From the NCBI RefSeq assembly GCF_001264245.1, contig NZ_CP011339.1, positions 4,856,415 to 4,896,414 of the forward strand: 40,000 bases of DNA, read 5' to 3'. Origin of the DNA: Microcystis panniformis FACHB-1757. Lineage in GTDB: Bacteria; Cyanobacteriota; Cyanobacteriia; Cyanobacteriales; Microcystaceae. Of this stretch, positions 9,001 through 17,800 are shown piece by piece; within the stretch, counting starts at the first letter, position 1, and every line of letters starts with the position of its first letter. Under the pieces are notes generated by a model. That model made no database searches. It was not told the DNA's origin and worked only from the letters and a program-made list of their open reading frames with translations. Position numbers and translations under genes: made by a program.

Positions 9001-11706
9001 AAAAAGTTAGCAACGGGAGACATGATCTTTGAAGGTGAGGTGAGTTCTCTTAACCCTAGTTATTTAGAAGAACATAAGGTATTTGAAAACATTGTATTTC
9101 CAGCTACCGGTTTTATTGAAGCCATTTTAGCCGCAAGTCAGAAAATATTTAATGGGCATTTTGTCACCCTTGAAAATGTCTCTATCCATCAGGGATTAAT
9201 CTTATCTCCAACTCCCTCAATAATCCAAATAATTTTTAAACCTAAAAAATCATCTCAACTGATTTATACTTTTGAGATATTTAGCAGTGATTCTGCACAA
9301 GAACAATGGCTTCTTCATGTTACAGGTGAAGTCAAACCTAAGGATATACAAAGCTTGGCTGCCTCAGAATTAACCCAAACTAAATTAGAAAGGGAAAACC
9401 CTAAAGAATCGATTTCTATTCGTGAATTCTATCAGCTTTATCAGCAGATGGGTATCAGGTATGGGGAGCAGTTTAAAGCGATTCAAGAGTTATATTCTTT
9501 CAAAAAAGGCTCTCAAGCTAAAATTAGTATTAACCCCAGTTTAGCAGATCGGCGTTATTATTTTCATCCAGTTCTTTTGGATGCTTGCTTACAGAGTATT
9601 GGGGCAGCTTTCCCCGAAATTCATGGTCAAGAATTGCATCTACCTTATGGATTCTCTTCCTTGGAAATATTCCTAAATCCAACTTCGCAAGTTTGGACAA
9701 AAGTTCAGGTCATCTCAGATACTAATGGTGAAATGAGAGTAAATGTTAATATTTATAATGAACAAGAACAGCTTTGCGCTCGCTTTACTGACTTAACAGC
9801 CCGGCGCATAAATCCAGCTATTTTACAGAGTTTATGGCAAGAAAAGTCAAATAATTGCTTTTATAAAGTGGAATGGAAAAAACTTTCTTCAATGCCAACT
9901 GTTGCCGTTGATCCTCAAAATTCTTGGTTAGTCTTGGTTCGTCCAGAAACAGACTTAAATTCCCTAATTAATTTATACAAAAAGGCAGGAGAAAAAGTAA
10001 TTACTGTAGAAATGGGGCAGAATTATCAATGTCATTCTCAAGATTCTTTTGTCATCAATGCCGCTCAGAAATCTGATTTTCAGCGTCTCTATCAAGAAGC
10101 TTATCCATCTGGAGAATTTCCGACTGGTGTTGTTTTTTGTTGGGAATCTTCAGAAGCTGAAGATGTTCTAGATACGGTATATCAGAGTTCTCATGCCGTC
10201 TTAAATTTAGTGCAAACCCTCACTAATAACTGGGAGAAATTACCCCATTTATGGCTGATTACTCGCGGGGCTAATAAGATGATCAATGATACGGCTTTAT
10301 CTCCTCAACAGTCTCATTTATGGGGATTAGGAGCAGTCATTAATCAAGAGTATCCTAAAATGGGTTGTGTTTGTTTAGATTTACCAATCCATAAAGAAGC
10401 TAATGAAGCTGAACTTTTATTCAATGAATTAAAGTGTTTCCCCCATGAATTCCGTTTGGCTTTACGTCAAGGAAACCGCTACGCAGCCAGGTTAGTTTCT
10501 GCATCTCTTCCTATCTCAGAAAAACGACAGTTTATTAATCAGTCAGGGGCTTATTTAATCACGGGAGGGGGAGGAAAACTGGGCGGATTAGTGGCTCAAT
10601 GGTTATCAGAAATGGGAGCAAGTCACTTAGTTTTGTGTAGTCGCCATGTTAAATCTTCAACAGAATTGATAGCTTCATTAGTGAAAAAAGGAACAAAAGT
10701 AACCTTGATTGAAGCTGATATTACTTCCCCCACAGATATGAAAAATTTATTCTCTCGTTTTGGCGCAGACTTGCCCGTCTTACGAGGAATAATTCACGCG
10801 GCAGCGGTCTTAGAAGATGGGCTGATCAGTAATCAAAGTTGGCAAAAATATCAAAAGGTAATCAGTCCAAAAGTAGCAGGAACTTTATTATTAGATCGTT
10901 ATACTCGCTCTCTATCTTTAGACTTTTTCGTAAGCTTTTCTTCTGCGGCTGTTATCCTTGGTTCACCGGGTCAAAGTAATTATGCGGCGGCTAATGCTTT
11001 CATGGATGCTCTAATGCAGCAACGGCAAAGTTTAGGATTACCTGGTATTAGTATCAATTGGGGAGCTTGGGAGACGAGCAACCAAATTGATCAACAACGT
11101 TTCGCTAATTGGGGTTTGCAGATGATGCCTTCTGAGCAAGCGTTTCAATATCTCAACCAGATAATTTTAGGTGAAATTAACCCAGGGATAGTTATCGATA
11201 TTAATTGGTCGATTTTTAATCAAACTTTCAATATTAATCAACCCTTCTTTAGCGAGGTATTAACCCTAAAAAATCAAAAACAAACAAGTCCAGCAAAACT
11301 ATTAGAACGATTAAAATCTGTCTCTATAGACGAACGAATAAACGCTTTAGTAGAAGGACTGGAGAAAATATTAAGAGAAGTGACAGGGTTAAATGAGAAT
11401 AAGGTTATTCCTCAACAAACATCATTCTTAGACTTAGGTTTAAACTCTCTAATGGTCATAGAATTTAAAAATCGCTTAGAAAGAGATTTAGGGTGTAAAT
11501 TGCCATCCTCGATCATTTTCGATTATCCTAATCTTCTCAGCTTAAGTACCTATTTAAGGGAAGAAATTCTAGCCAATCATCTCGATTTTGAGATTAAAAT
11601 AAATCCAATTCCTGACAATCATAATCCCTACGACAGCCTCAGTGAAGACGAACTGGCAAGATTACTTAATCAAAAATTAACGGAGCTTGATCAATATGGA
11701 GGTTAA
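1..11706 (+). CDS. mcyD: Microcystin synthetase McyD, bimodular type I PKS: KS-(degenerate AT)-DH-CM-KR-ACP / KS-AT-DH-KR-ACP
   Basis: Uninterrupted 3901-codon ORF. Module 1 motifs: KS1 DTACSSS with Cys213 at nt 637-639; EAHGTGT His348 at nt 1042-1044; DH1 LGEHQVFEQAILP His900 at nt 2698-2700; SAM C-methyltransferase LEIGGGTG at nt 4078-4101; KR1 TGGTGGLG at nt 5245-5268; ACP1 LGMDSL Ser2046 at nt 6136-6138. Module 2 motifs: KS2 Cys2285 at nt 6853-6855; AT2 GHSIG Ser2728 at nt 8182-8184 plus AFHSP; DH2 His3025 at nt 9073-9075; KR2 TGGGGKLG at nt 10561-10584; ACP2 LGLNSL Ser3816 at nt 11446-11448. Size and domain order fit McyD (about 3906 aa in PCC 7806, from memory). The window starts exactly on the ATG, so a slightly more upstream start cannot be excluded. 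Confidence 0.95.
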   Translation: MDFQDKKNLSENDQSIQTRVFKALSEAKEKLKAFESQQREPLAIVGLGCRFGHNIATPESFWSFLKAGKNHLREIPKERWNQQDFYDSDRNKVGKIYVSQGGFLDDVSQFDAHFFGIAPKEAVAMDPQQRLLLEVAYEALENAGMATTTARRGKTGVFIGITNNDYARIVTSNEDYNAIGAYHISGNHTNAAAGRISYLLNLNGPSLAVDTACSSSLVAVHLACRSLRSQECRQALVGGVNLVLTPEVVIALCRNQMLAPDGQCKTFDESADGFGIGEGCGVIVLKRLSDALEDGDHIWAVIRGTAVNNDGASGGFTVPNGPVQSELIREALADARLDAEAIDYVEAHGTGTSLGDPIEIKAIAEALCVNRRKSNPLLVGSLKTNLGHLAAAAGISGLIKTALSLHYREIPAHLNLKKPNPHINWDALPISIVTQNCPWNVNNGKLKAAGVSSFGASGTNAHVILSEPPQPQPQTPKISPILVTFSAKEPERLRLFTTQFVDELEQKTDLSVKDIALSLNTGRFPHKHRLALLVSNQENLHQGIQAFLNSNGDEKQFQNIQNNSFDIIYGEAQSHPKVAFLCNYEEEISPEIIETLLNNEPIFYDAFRHCDHLFKKYLEFSLQELLSSKKALEPQIPLSVQPVLFAYQYALCELWKSWGISPSAILGSGLGEYLAAQQAGVFSLEDTVKLVAKRAKISPQNPNSEDLLSLLKSTPEVDSNSPDITLIYQGEVVKKSLTNLVNRGEKIRQKSDEIAQGISTLHQMGYQIFLEMGIGANLINIGRQKLGVNSILWLSSLGEDCHSDHHEQRVLGQLYVRGFNINWEAFHRSHPGQKISLPNSPFIRKRYWINSGNKSESSSYKNPNYYSGHPLLGEHFSSPLALLQYRGSISQHKPAFLGEHQVFEQAILPASALIEMALAAGENQKVILENVEFKKALILKDTEDTLQLIIEQKSFKIYHALEPNWEVLVTGTIEELKSTNLTHCDLEEIAKNCPEEVDINSFYETYQKSGINYGSNFRLIHQLKRGENTAFAQIKLTDRLEREKYHFHPAMLDACFQGIAAILFKEESSVTYVPVRLGQLAFFHPPDEQVISAVRLKNSSPNPNIIIADIDIYSLQGQPLASLTNLELKAVQSQEIIPQEIPPQIYLEEWIPCEELLGNGRDTLVAPQVIKNQIHPAQLEQQLGEKLAQYERLMAALEKLSVVYIWEALTKLNGQPKLGQTYSEAQIANQGQIVDFYRPLLSRCLSILAEEKIVNQTKDGWLFVKELEAPSSPSQIKILRQEFADYPAEISLMERCGSALAEVMSRQVDPLELLFPQGDLEAIASIYSEAAGAKLMNQLVATTISRAIANFPPYYPLRILEIGGGTGAATAGLLPHLPKEHIEYVFTDISSSFLTRAKENFRNYPFIKYQTLDIEKNPFTQDFLPGSFDIIIAANVLHATANLQKTLENVRSLIAPKGLLILLESTGARRWVDLTFGLTEGWWLCSQDLRRNGYPLISTKDWQNLLIENQFEDINIIEPSQAKTRNLLKQSVIIGRSSEQLPSLPAKSYSHQIIWADSQGIANGLIPLFQQRGISCSCVFTQDINLEIAEDYLSILRNSITSETRQILYFWGLENIPEEIDQQVEIHCQRFLFFLQALLQQENPPALVLVTQGAVPAKAFKPLTSPSQASLLGIAFSLVLEHPELNFKAIDLDPDEVNAADKLLQEIYSNPQENRVALRGEQRFYPRLVQRKLEDGKINFSPDAYYLITGGTGGLGLATTRWMIEKGARNLVLCSRRGAEGISPEILANFSSSGAEVTLKKLDITDAEKLHAVLEECRSKYPIRGIFHIAGTLDDTTLLRLTPESFNYVLAPKVKGTWLLHQLTLNDPLEFFVCYTSAVSLIGSAGQANAAAANAFEDAFIYYRQAHHLPGTVINWGPWSEIGAAVDRNVLERLAAKGYGAMKPDLALNALEKILLNQIIRAGVINIDWQQFPYIHQSFYKNFLPQGKPQAAPSSEFLKQWQNLTLKERTNWLTNHIIMRVSTVLGRSNDETFSPQQGFFDLGMDSLTSTELRNLLQTDFNCSLPSTITFRFPNVEVLANYLQREVLDNCQPVFTPQIKAEISQKPPEKSQLDDDPIVIVGMACRFPGGAKNLQSFWELLEQGKDAITEIPQDRWDQETWYDPNPDVPGKIYAPYGAFLEQIEEFDGEFFGIIPRESVAMDPQQRLLLETTWQALESAGQNPQKLRNSQTGVFIGCMTQDYAQLSYSPQAINAYTGSGTSVSMAAGRLSYVLGLQGPSMTIDTACSSSLVAIHLAYNALLNGECDLALAGGVNIILTPIISLIESRAHMLAPDGHCKTFDESANGMVRGEGCGIVVLKRLSQAVKNGDQILAKIYGTAVNHDGPSSGLTVPNGQAQEKLLHQALKSANLKPEQIDYIEAHGTGTALGDPIELESMSAVFGQRSPNRPLIIGSVKTNLGHLEGAAGIAGLIKTVLALQHHKIPPHLHFKNPNPRFDWSSHIFEVPVQGKPWHISERSRIAGVSSFGFSGTNAHIIVGEIDADLPQPSENNFYLLPLSARSEKSLQELARNYQDILTESINLADVCFTASTGRGIFPQRICILADSITTAQRALIDYQDGEDSDSLIRPILSETPPKIAFLFSGQGSQYSGMGETLYNREVVFKETLDLCDQILEPLLEKSLLDLIFQEQNSQLLEETQITQPVIFSLEYALAKLWQSWGIQPSALLGHSIGEYVAACWAGVFSLEDALKLVTQRGKLMGKLPQNGSMSAIYADYETVANALTSYENQVNIASANGSITVISGFKEIVEQLEKEFIDQGHKTKRLAVSHAFHSPLMQPILDDFSQVLKTISFHEPSLTIISNLTGKAVGSEITTPDYWVDHLRNTVQFSQGFQSLIDQGYRCFLEVGSKPVLLSMARLIAANQYLLWLPSIVPGQDEQAQMYRSLATLFVNGYSVDWTKVFKQGKRISLPTYPFQRERYWLSNSEFSLGQIKTQLHPFIRDFKKLATGDMIFEGEVSSLNPSYLEEHKVFENIVFPATGFIEAILAASQKIFNGHFVTLENVSIHQGLILSPTPSIIQIIFKPKKSSQLIYTFEIFSSDSAQEQWLLHVTGEVKPKDIQSLAASELTQTKLERENPKESISIREFYQLYQQMGIRYGEQFKAIQELYSFKKGSQAKISINPSLADRRYYFHPVLLDACLQSIGAAFPEIHGQELHLPYGFSSLEIFLNPTSQVWTKVQVISDTNGEMRVNVNIYNEQEQLCARFTDLTARRINPAILQSLWQEKSNNCFYKVEWKKLSSMPTVAVDPQNSWLVLVRPETDLNSLINLYKKAGEKVITVEMGQNYQCHSQDSFVINAAQKSDFQRLYQEAYPSGEFPTGVVFCWESSEAEDVLDTVYQSSHAVLNLVQTLTNNWEKLPHLWLITRGANKMINDTALSPQQSHLWGLGAVINQEYPKMGCVCLDLPIHKEANEAELLFNELKCFPHEFRLALRQGNRYAARLVSASLPISEKRQFINQSGAYLITGGGGKLGGLVAQWLSEMGASHLVLCSRHVKSSTELIASLVKKGTKVTLIEADITSPTDMKNLFSRFGADLPVLRGIIHAAAVLEDGLISNQSWQKYQKVISPKVAGTLLLDRYTRSLSLDFFVSFSSAAVILGSPGQSNYAAANAFMDALMQQRQSLGLPGISINWGAWETSNQIDQQRFANWGLQMMPSEQAFQYLNQIILGEINPGIVIDINWSIFNQTFNINQPFFSEVLTLKNQKQTSPAKLLERLKSVSIDERINALVEGLEKILREVTGLNENKVIPQQTSFLDLGLNSLMVIEFKNRLERDLGCKLPSSIIFDYPNLLSLSTYLREEILANHLDFEIKINPIPDNHNPYDSLSEDELARLLNQKLTELDQYGG
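1729..2484 (+). other. AT-like region of McyD module 1 lacking canonical acyltransferase catalytic motifs
   Basis: Aligned by eye to the three other ATs in this window. It reads KVAFLCNYEEEIS where they read K(I/V)xFLF(S/T)GQG(S/A)(Q/C)Y. It reads LGSGLGEY (nt 1999-2013) where they read GHS(I/V/L)GEY. No (S/T)(H/Q)AFHSP motif is present. The distance from the KS end to the YPFQR-type linker is about 373 aa, against 433-440 aa in the other three modules. Confidence 0.7.
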
Positions 11707-11872
11707 ACTTTAAAAATAATGTTTCAAAAGCCATGAGATGTGGTAGGATAGGTAGATGAACATGAGTAAGCTTAACTCTCTGGAGTTAAATTTGGGTTTA
11801 TATTTACTGATAGCACAGCATCCTAATTTATGTTTAACGGCGTATAAATTTAGAAATTATAGAGAATAGGGC

Positions 11873-14800
11873 ATGGTTGAGAGTATAGATTACAAAAAAT
11901 TAATGGCAACGACCTTAAGCAAAATGGAGGTCATGCAGGCTCGTATCAATGAATTAGAGACGAGACAAAGTGAAGCTATTGCGGTGGTTGGGATGGCTTG
12001 TCGTTTTCCTGGAGGTATTAATTCCCCAGAAAAATATTGGAGTTTTTGTCAAGCCGGGCTTGATGCTATAGTAGAAGTCCCTAAAAGCCGTTGGGATATC
12101 TCAGAACTGTATTCTCAAGAACCAACTTTAGGAAAAATGAACACCGCTTATGGGGGATTTCTTCAAGAGAATATCACAGAATTTGATGCCCGTTTCTTTT
12201 CGATTTCAGCAAGAGAAGCAGCCTCCATGGATCCTCAACAAAGGTTACTCTTAGAAGTTGCTTGGGAAGCGTTAGAAAATGCCAATTTACCTCTGAAAAA
12301 TTTAGCCGATAATAAAGTAGGGGTATTTGTGGGGATTACTAGCATTGATCATGCCCTGAAGGTTTACGGCACTAACTATGATCAAATTGACTCTTTTTTT
12401 GGCACCGGCAATGCTCTAAGCGCAGCCGCCGGAAGGCTATCTTATTTTCTCAATCTTCACGGTCCTTGTCTCTCGATTGATGCAGCCTGTGCATCCTCAT
12501 TAGTAGCCGTCCATCAGGGGATTCGTAGCCTGAGAAATCGTGAATGTGAACTCGCTTTAGTGGGTGGGGTAAACCTCATTTTAGAACCCGCAATTACGAT
12601 TAGTCTTTCTCAGTCGGGAATGATGTCCCCCGATGGGCGTTGCAAAACCTTCGATGCCTCTGCTAACGGATATGTGCGAGGGGAAGGCTGTGGGGTTTTA
12701 ATCTTAAAAACTTTATCAGAAGCCCAGAAAAACGGGGATCACATTCTTGCCCTGTTGCGAGGTTCGGCGGTGAATCATAATGGGGCTGCTGCCGGTTTAA
12801 CCGTACCCAGTGGACCCGCCCAGCAAGAATTGCTCCGTCAAGCTCTAGCTGATGCCAGAATAGTCCCTGAAGATGTCAGCTACATAGAAGCTCATGGCAC
12901 AGGCACTTCTTTAGGAGATCCCATCGAATTGAATGCCATTGCCTCAGTTTATGGAAAGCGCTCCGACCCCCTTTATGTCGCCTCAGTCAAAACCAATATC
13001 GGTCATCTTGAAGCCGCAGCTGGCATGGCTGGAATAATCAAAACAATTCTGATTCTTCAACAGGGTGAAATCCCCTCCCATCTTCACTTCCAAAGCCCTA
13101 ATCCTCTGATTAATTGGGAAGATCATCCTATTAAAATTCCTACTCAAAATATACCTTGGCCGAATAACAATAAAGTCCCTATAGCTGGGGTAAGTTCTTT
13201 TGGTTTTTCAGGCACAAATGCCCATGTCATTGTTCAACAGGCACCCGTCAGCAAAATCTCAGAAATTCAACAACAAATTCCCAGTCATCTCTTAACCCTT
13301 TCAGCCCACAACAAAACCGCTTTAAAAGAATTAGCCACACGCTTCCATACCCTCCTAGAATCTCATCCTGAAATTGGAGATATTTGTTATAGTGCAGCTG
13401 TCGGAAGGATAGATTTACCTGAACGTTTAGCCATTGTTGGCGATACTTGTCCAGAATTACAACAAAGATTAACCGCTTTTGCTGAAGAAAAACCACTTGA
13501 TGATTTGACTTTTTATCAACGTTTTACATCGGAAAAATCCCCTAAAATTGTTTTTCTTTTTACAGGGCAAGGGGCTTGTTATCCCGGCATGGGGCATCAA
13601 CTCTATCAAACCCAGCCGACATTTCGTCAATATATTGATCAATGTGCCGAAATATTAGCGAAGTATTTAGACCATCCTTTAACTGAAATATTATTTGGTG
13701 AACAGACCGATTTACTCAATCAAACTGCTTACGCTCAACCGGCTATATTCGCCCTAGAATATTCCCTAACAATGCTATGGAAATCTTGGGGAATTACCCC
13801 CAGTTTACTGATTGGCCATAGTGTGGGAGAATATGTAGCAGCTTGTATCGCAGGAGTATTTAGCTTAGAAGCTGGACTCGCCTTAGTTGTCAAACGGGGG
13901 CAATTAATGCAAACCACGACCTCTGGGAAAATGGCTTCAATTTTTGCTGATGAAGAGACAGTAATTTCCCTAATTAAAAATTATACTCAAACAGTTTCAA
14001 TAGCTGCCATTAATCACCCTCAACAGATTGTTATTGCTGGAGAAAGTGCCAGCATTGAGGAAGTTATTAGCACCTGCAAAAAGCAAAAAATTCCCGCTCA
14101 ATATCTTCCCGTTACTCAGGCTTTTCATTCCCCTTTAATGGAGCCAATTTTAAAAGAATTTGAAAAAGAGGCTCGTCAAATTTCTTATCAACGCCCCCAA
14201 ATTCTCTTACTTTCAGGACTTGATGGAGAGGTTTTAGAAAATGCACCAGATGCCACTTACTGGAGCAAACAATGCCGAGAACCAGTAAGATTTTTGTCGA
14301 GTTTAATAACCGCTTTCAACAAGGGATATAACCTATTTTTAGAAGTGGGACCAAGACCAATACTAGCAGAACAAGGTCGTCGTTATAAAGATGAGTTCAT
14401 CTGGTTAAGTTCCCTCAATCGTGGCTTAGATAACTGGCAGACAATTCTTTCAGCCTTGGGACAACTCTACCTAAATGGCGCACCTTTCAATCCAGAACAA
14501 TTCAATCGAAATTATGGCTATAAAAAAGTCAGATTGCCGAACTATCCCTTTCAAAGGAAACCTTTCCAATTTCAGCCTAATCCTCGAACAGAAAATCAGA
14601 GCATTGACAAAATATTCCTAGACGCACAAACCTCTAACCTTACCGATACCGAAACCACAGTTTTCAATATGCAAAAACATCAACAGGAAATCCGTAATCA
14701 ATTAAAATCAATTTTGGCTTTACTTCTGAAAGAAGATGAGAACGAACTGCCGGAGGATGAGACATTACTAAACTTAGGAGCAGACTCAATTATCTTGACT

Positions 14801-17800
14801 GACTTTTCTCGCAAAATTGAAGAAAAATTTCAAGTCAAAGTGAAAATAGATCAACTCTTTACCGATTTACAAACTCTTGTTGATATCGCCGAATACCTCT
14901 GCCAATTTGTCAAAGAAAAACCCTTAGAAAATGCTTCAGAAATAACAGCTAAAGTTATCGATGACGAGACAGAATTAAGCAATTATCTGCAAGTCATTGA
15001 TCAATTGCAACCCATCGCTACAGCCTATATCATCAAGGCTTTAGAGTCCTTAGGGAAAAAACTTAATCAAGGGGAACAATGGACAATAGAAACCCTAAGA
15101 CAAACCTTACCTGTTGCCCCCAAATATCACATTTTGCTCAATCGTTATTTGCAGGATTTAGAGCAAGCTAATATTCTTCACAATCAAGGGAATATTTGGA
15201 CTGTCAAAAACTTGCCTGAGTCTTTTTCCTTGCCCCAAGCCCTACAAAAGCTAGAAAAAACTTGTCCATCTGCAAAACCTGAATTAGAAATGTTGCAACG
15301 CTGCGGCGAAAATTTAGCAGAAGTTCTCAAGGGAAATATGGACCCCTTGACATTAATTTTCCCAGAAGGTTCCGTTGCTCATGCAGAAAGTATTTATGGC
15401 AATTCTCCCGTATCTCGATTGATGAATCAACGAGTTGCCCAAGCTATTAACCAGATTTTAACGAACTTTTCTAATAGTGATCGCCCCTATCAAATTCTCG
15501 AAATAGGAGGAGGAACTGGTGCCACTTCAGAAGCAATTCTTCACCACTTAAACCTCGATCATGTCACTTATTCTTTTAGCGAAGTTTCTCCCTTCTTACT
15601 GCATCAAGCTAGGCAAAAATTTCAGAAAAAATATAACCTAAACTTTCATCAACTAGACATTGAAAAGTCCCCCATTTCTCAGGGGATACCTGCCCATAAT
15701 TATCATATTGTTGTGGCCGCTAACGTCCTTCATGCGACCCGAAATATTACAGAAACTCTAACCCATATTCGGGAACTTCTGCGCCCCGGCGGTTACTTAG
15801 TTCTCCTCGAAACCGTAGAAAATAACTCATGGCTGAATTTAACCTTTGGATTAACCCCCGGATGGTGGCGCTTTCAGGATCAAGAATTACGCTCAGACAC
15901 TCCCTTATTAAGGGGTGAAAATTGGTGTTCCGTTTTAAAAAGTTGTGGGTTTGCTACGGCGAATAGTTTCTCTAAACAAAACAATATTCCCATTAACAAT
16001 GGCCAAGAATTAATTCTTGCTTGTGTGCCAGATGAACCCCTCTCAATTCCTGCAAGGACTAAGCTTACTGTCTCCGGTGAAAGCTCCGGTAAAGAAGCCT
16101 TAATGATGGCTCAATTACAATCTTTAAAAGACCTAAAAGACCTCCATGAGAAAACCATTATCAAGCAATTAGAAGTTCTTCAAACTGCCACCGTCTCCCC
16201 CAGTATAGCCCCCGAAATATTAACGAATCAGACTCAAATCATTCCTGCCCAAAGCTCTAAAATAGAAACTTACCCGCCGGTTTCTCAAGAGAAGCCCAAA
16301 TCTCCTGAGAAACCTAGTTCTCCCAATTTAAACCCCTTAGCCTTAAAGCTCACTGAGAACAAATCCTTAACCGAACAACAACAAGCCTTTATTCAAAATT
16401 TACAGAGTATTTATAACCAGAAAACCGCCAAATCAAAAGCCTATTCACAAAATAGCCGTAAGACAATGGTGGATGTTAAACCGACCATTGACTTCCGCAT
16501 GGCCTTAAAAGAATTTCAATATCCCATTGTTTCAGAATCTGCTCAAGGGGCTTATTTTAAGGACATTGATGGCAATAATTACATTGACTTAGCTATGGGG
16601 TTTGGGGTTAACTTTTTTGGGCATAGTCCGGATTTTGTCATTGAAGCGGTTCAAGAACAAATGAACCGAGGAATAGGTTTAGGAATGCAGTCAAATCTGG
16701 CTGCCGAAACCGCCGCTTTAATTAGTGAAATGGGTCGAGTCGAAAGAGTCGCTTTTAGTAATACGGGAACCGAGGCGATTATGGCCGCTGTTCGCATTGC
16801 TCGCTCTCGTACAAAACGTCAAAAAATCGTTATGTTCGCCGGCTCCTACCATGGAACTTTTGACGGCATCTTAGCACGAGTAGGAGAAGATAAAACCACG
16901 ACTCAACCCTTAAGTTTAGGCACTCCTTTAGGAATGGTTGAAGACATAATAGTCTTGAGTTATGGAGTTGAAGAAAGCCTCGATATTATTGCTACTCATG
17001 CTGATGATTTAGCCGCCGTATTAGTCGAACCAGTTCAAAGTCGCAAACCCGATTTACAGCCTCAAGAATTTCTGCAAAAACTACGACAAATAACCCATAA
17101 AAAAGGGATCACACTCATTTTTGATGAAATTATTACCGGCTTTCGGATTGCTCCGGGAGGAGCGCAAGAATGGTTCAATGTTGAAGCTGATATAGTCATT
17201 TATGGTAAGGCCATTGGAGGAGGTTTACCAATTAGTATGATCTGCGGTAAAGCAGATTTCTTAGATACCGTTGACGGCGGTTTCTGGCAATACGGAGATG
17301 ACTCTCATCCCCAAACCGAGTTAACCGCTTTTGGGGGAACTTTTTGTCGTCATCCTTTAGCCCTTGCTGCTTGTCGTGCTGTGCTTTTACATCTTCAAGA
17401 AAACAGTCCAACGATTCAAGAAAAAGTGAATCAATTAACTCATCGATTAGCCACCGAAGTCAATCAGTTTTTTCAAGAAATAGGCATTCCGATTCGGGTT
17501 GTTAATTTTGGATCTTTATTCCGCTTTGAACCCTTTGGAGCTTATAGTATCTTCTTACAACCCATCGAATTACCCCTCTTTTATTACCTATTAAATCTTC
17601 AAGGAATCTACACATGGGAAAAACGAGTTTGTTTTCTCTCCACCTGCCATACTAATGAAGATATAGACAAAGTTATAGTAGCCGTCAAAGAAGCGATTAC
17701 GGAATTGCAGCAAGCTGGTTTTTTTGCTAATGCTAAACGCCCCCAAGTCAAGAAAGAAGAAAAAAAGCCCCTCTCTGAAGATGAAGATGGTAGGGGACAT

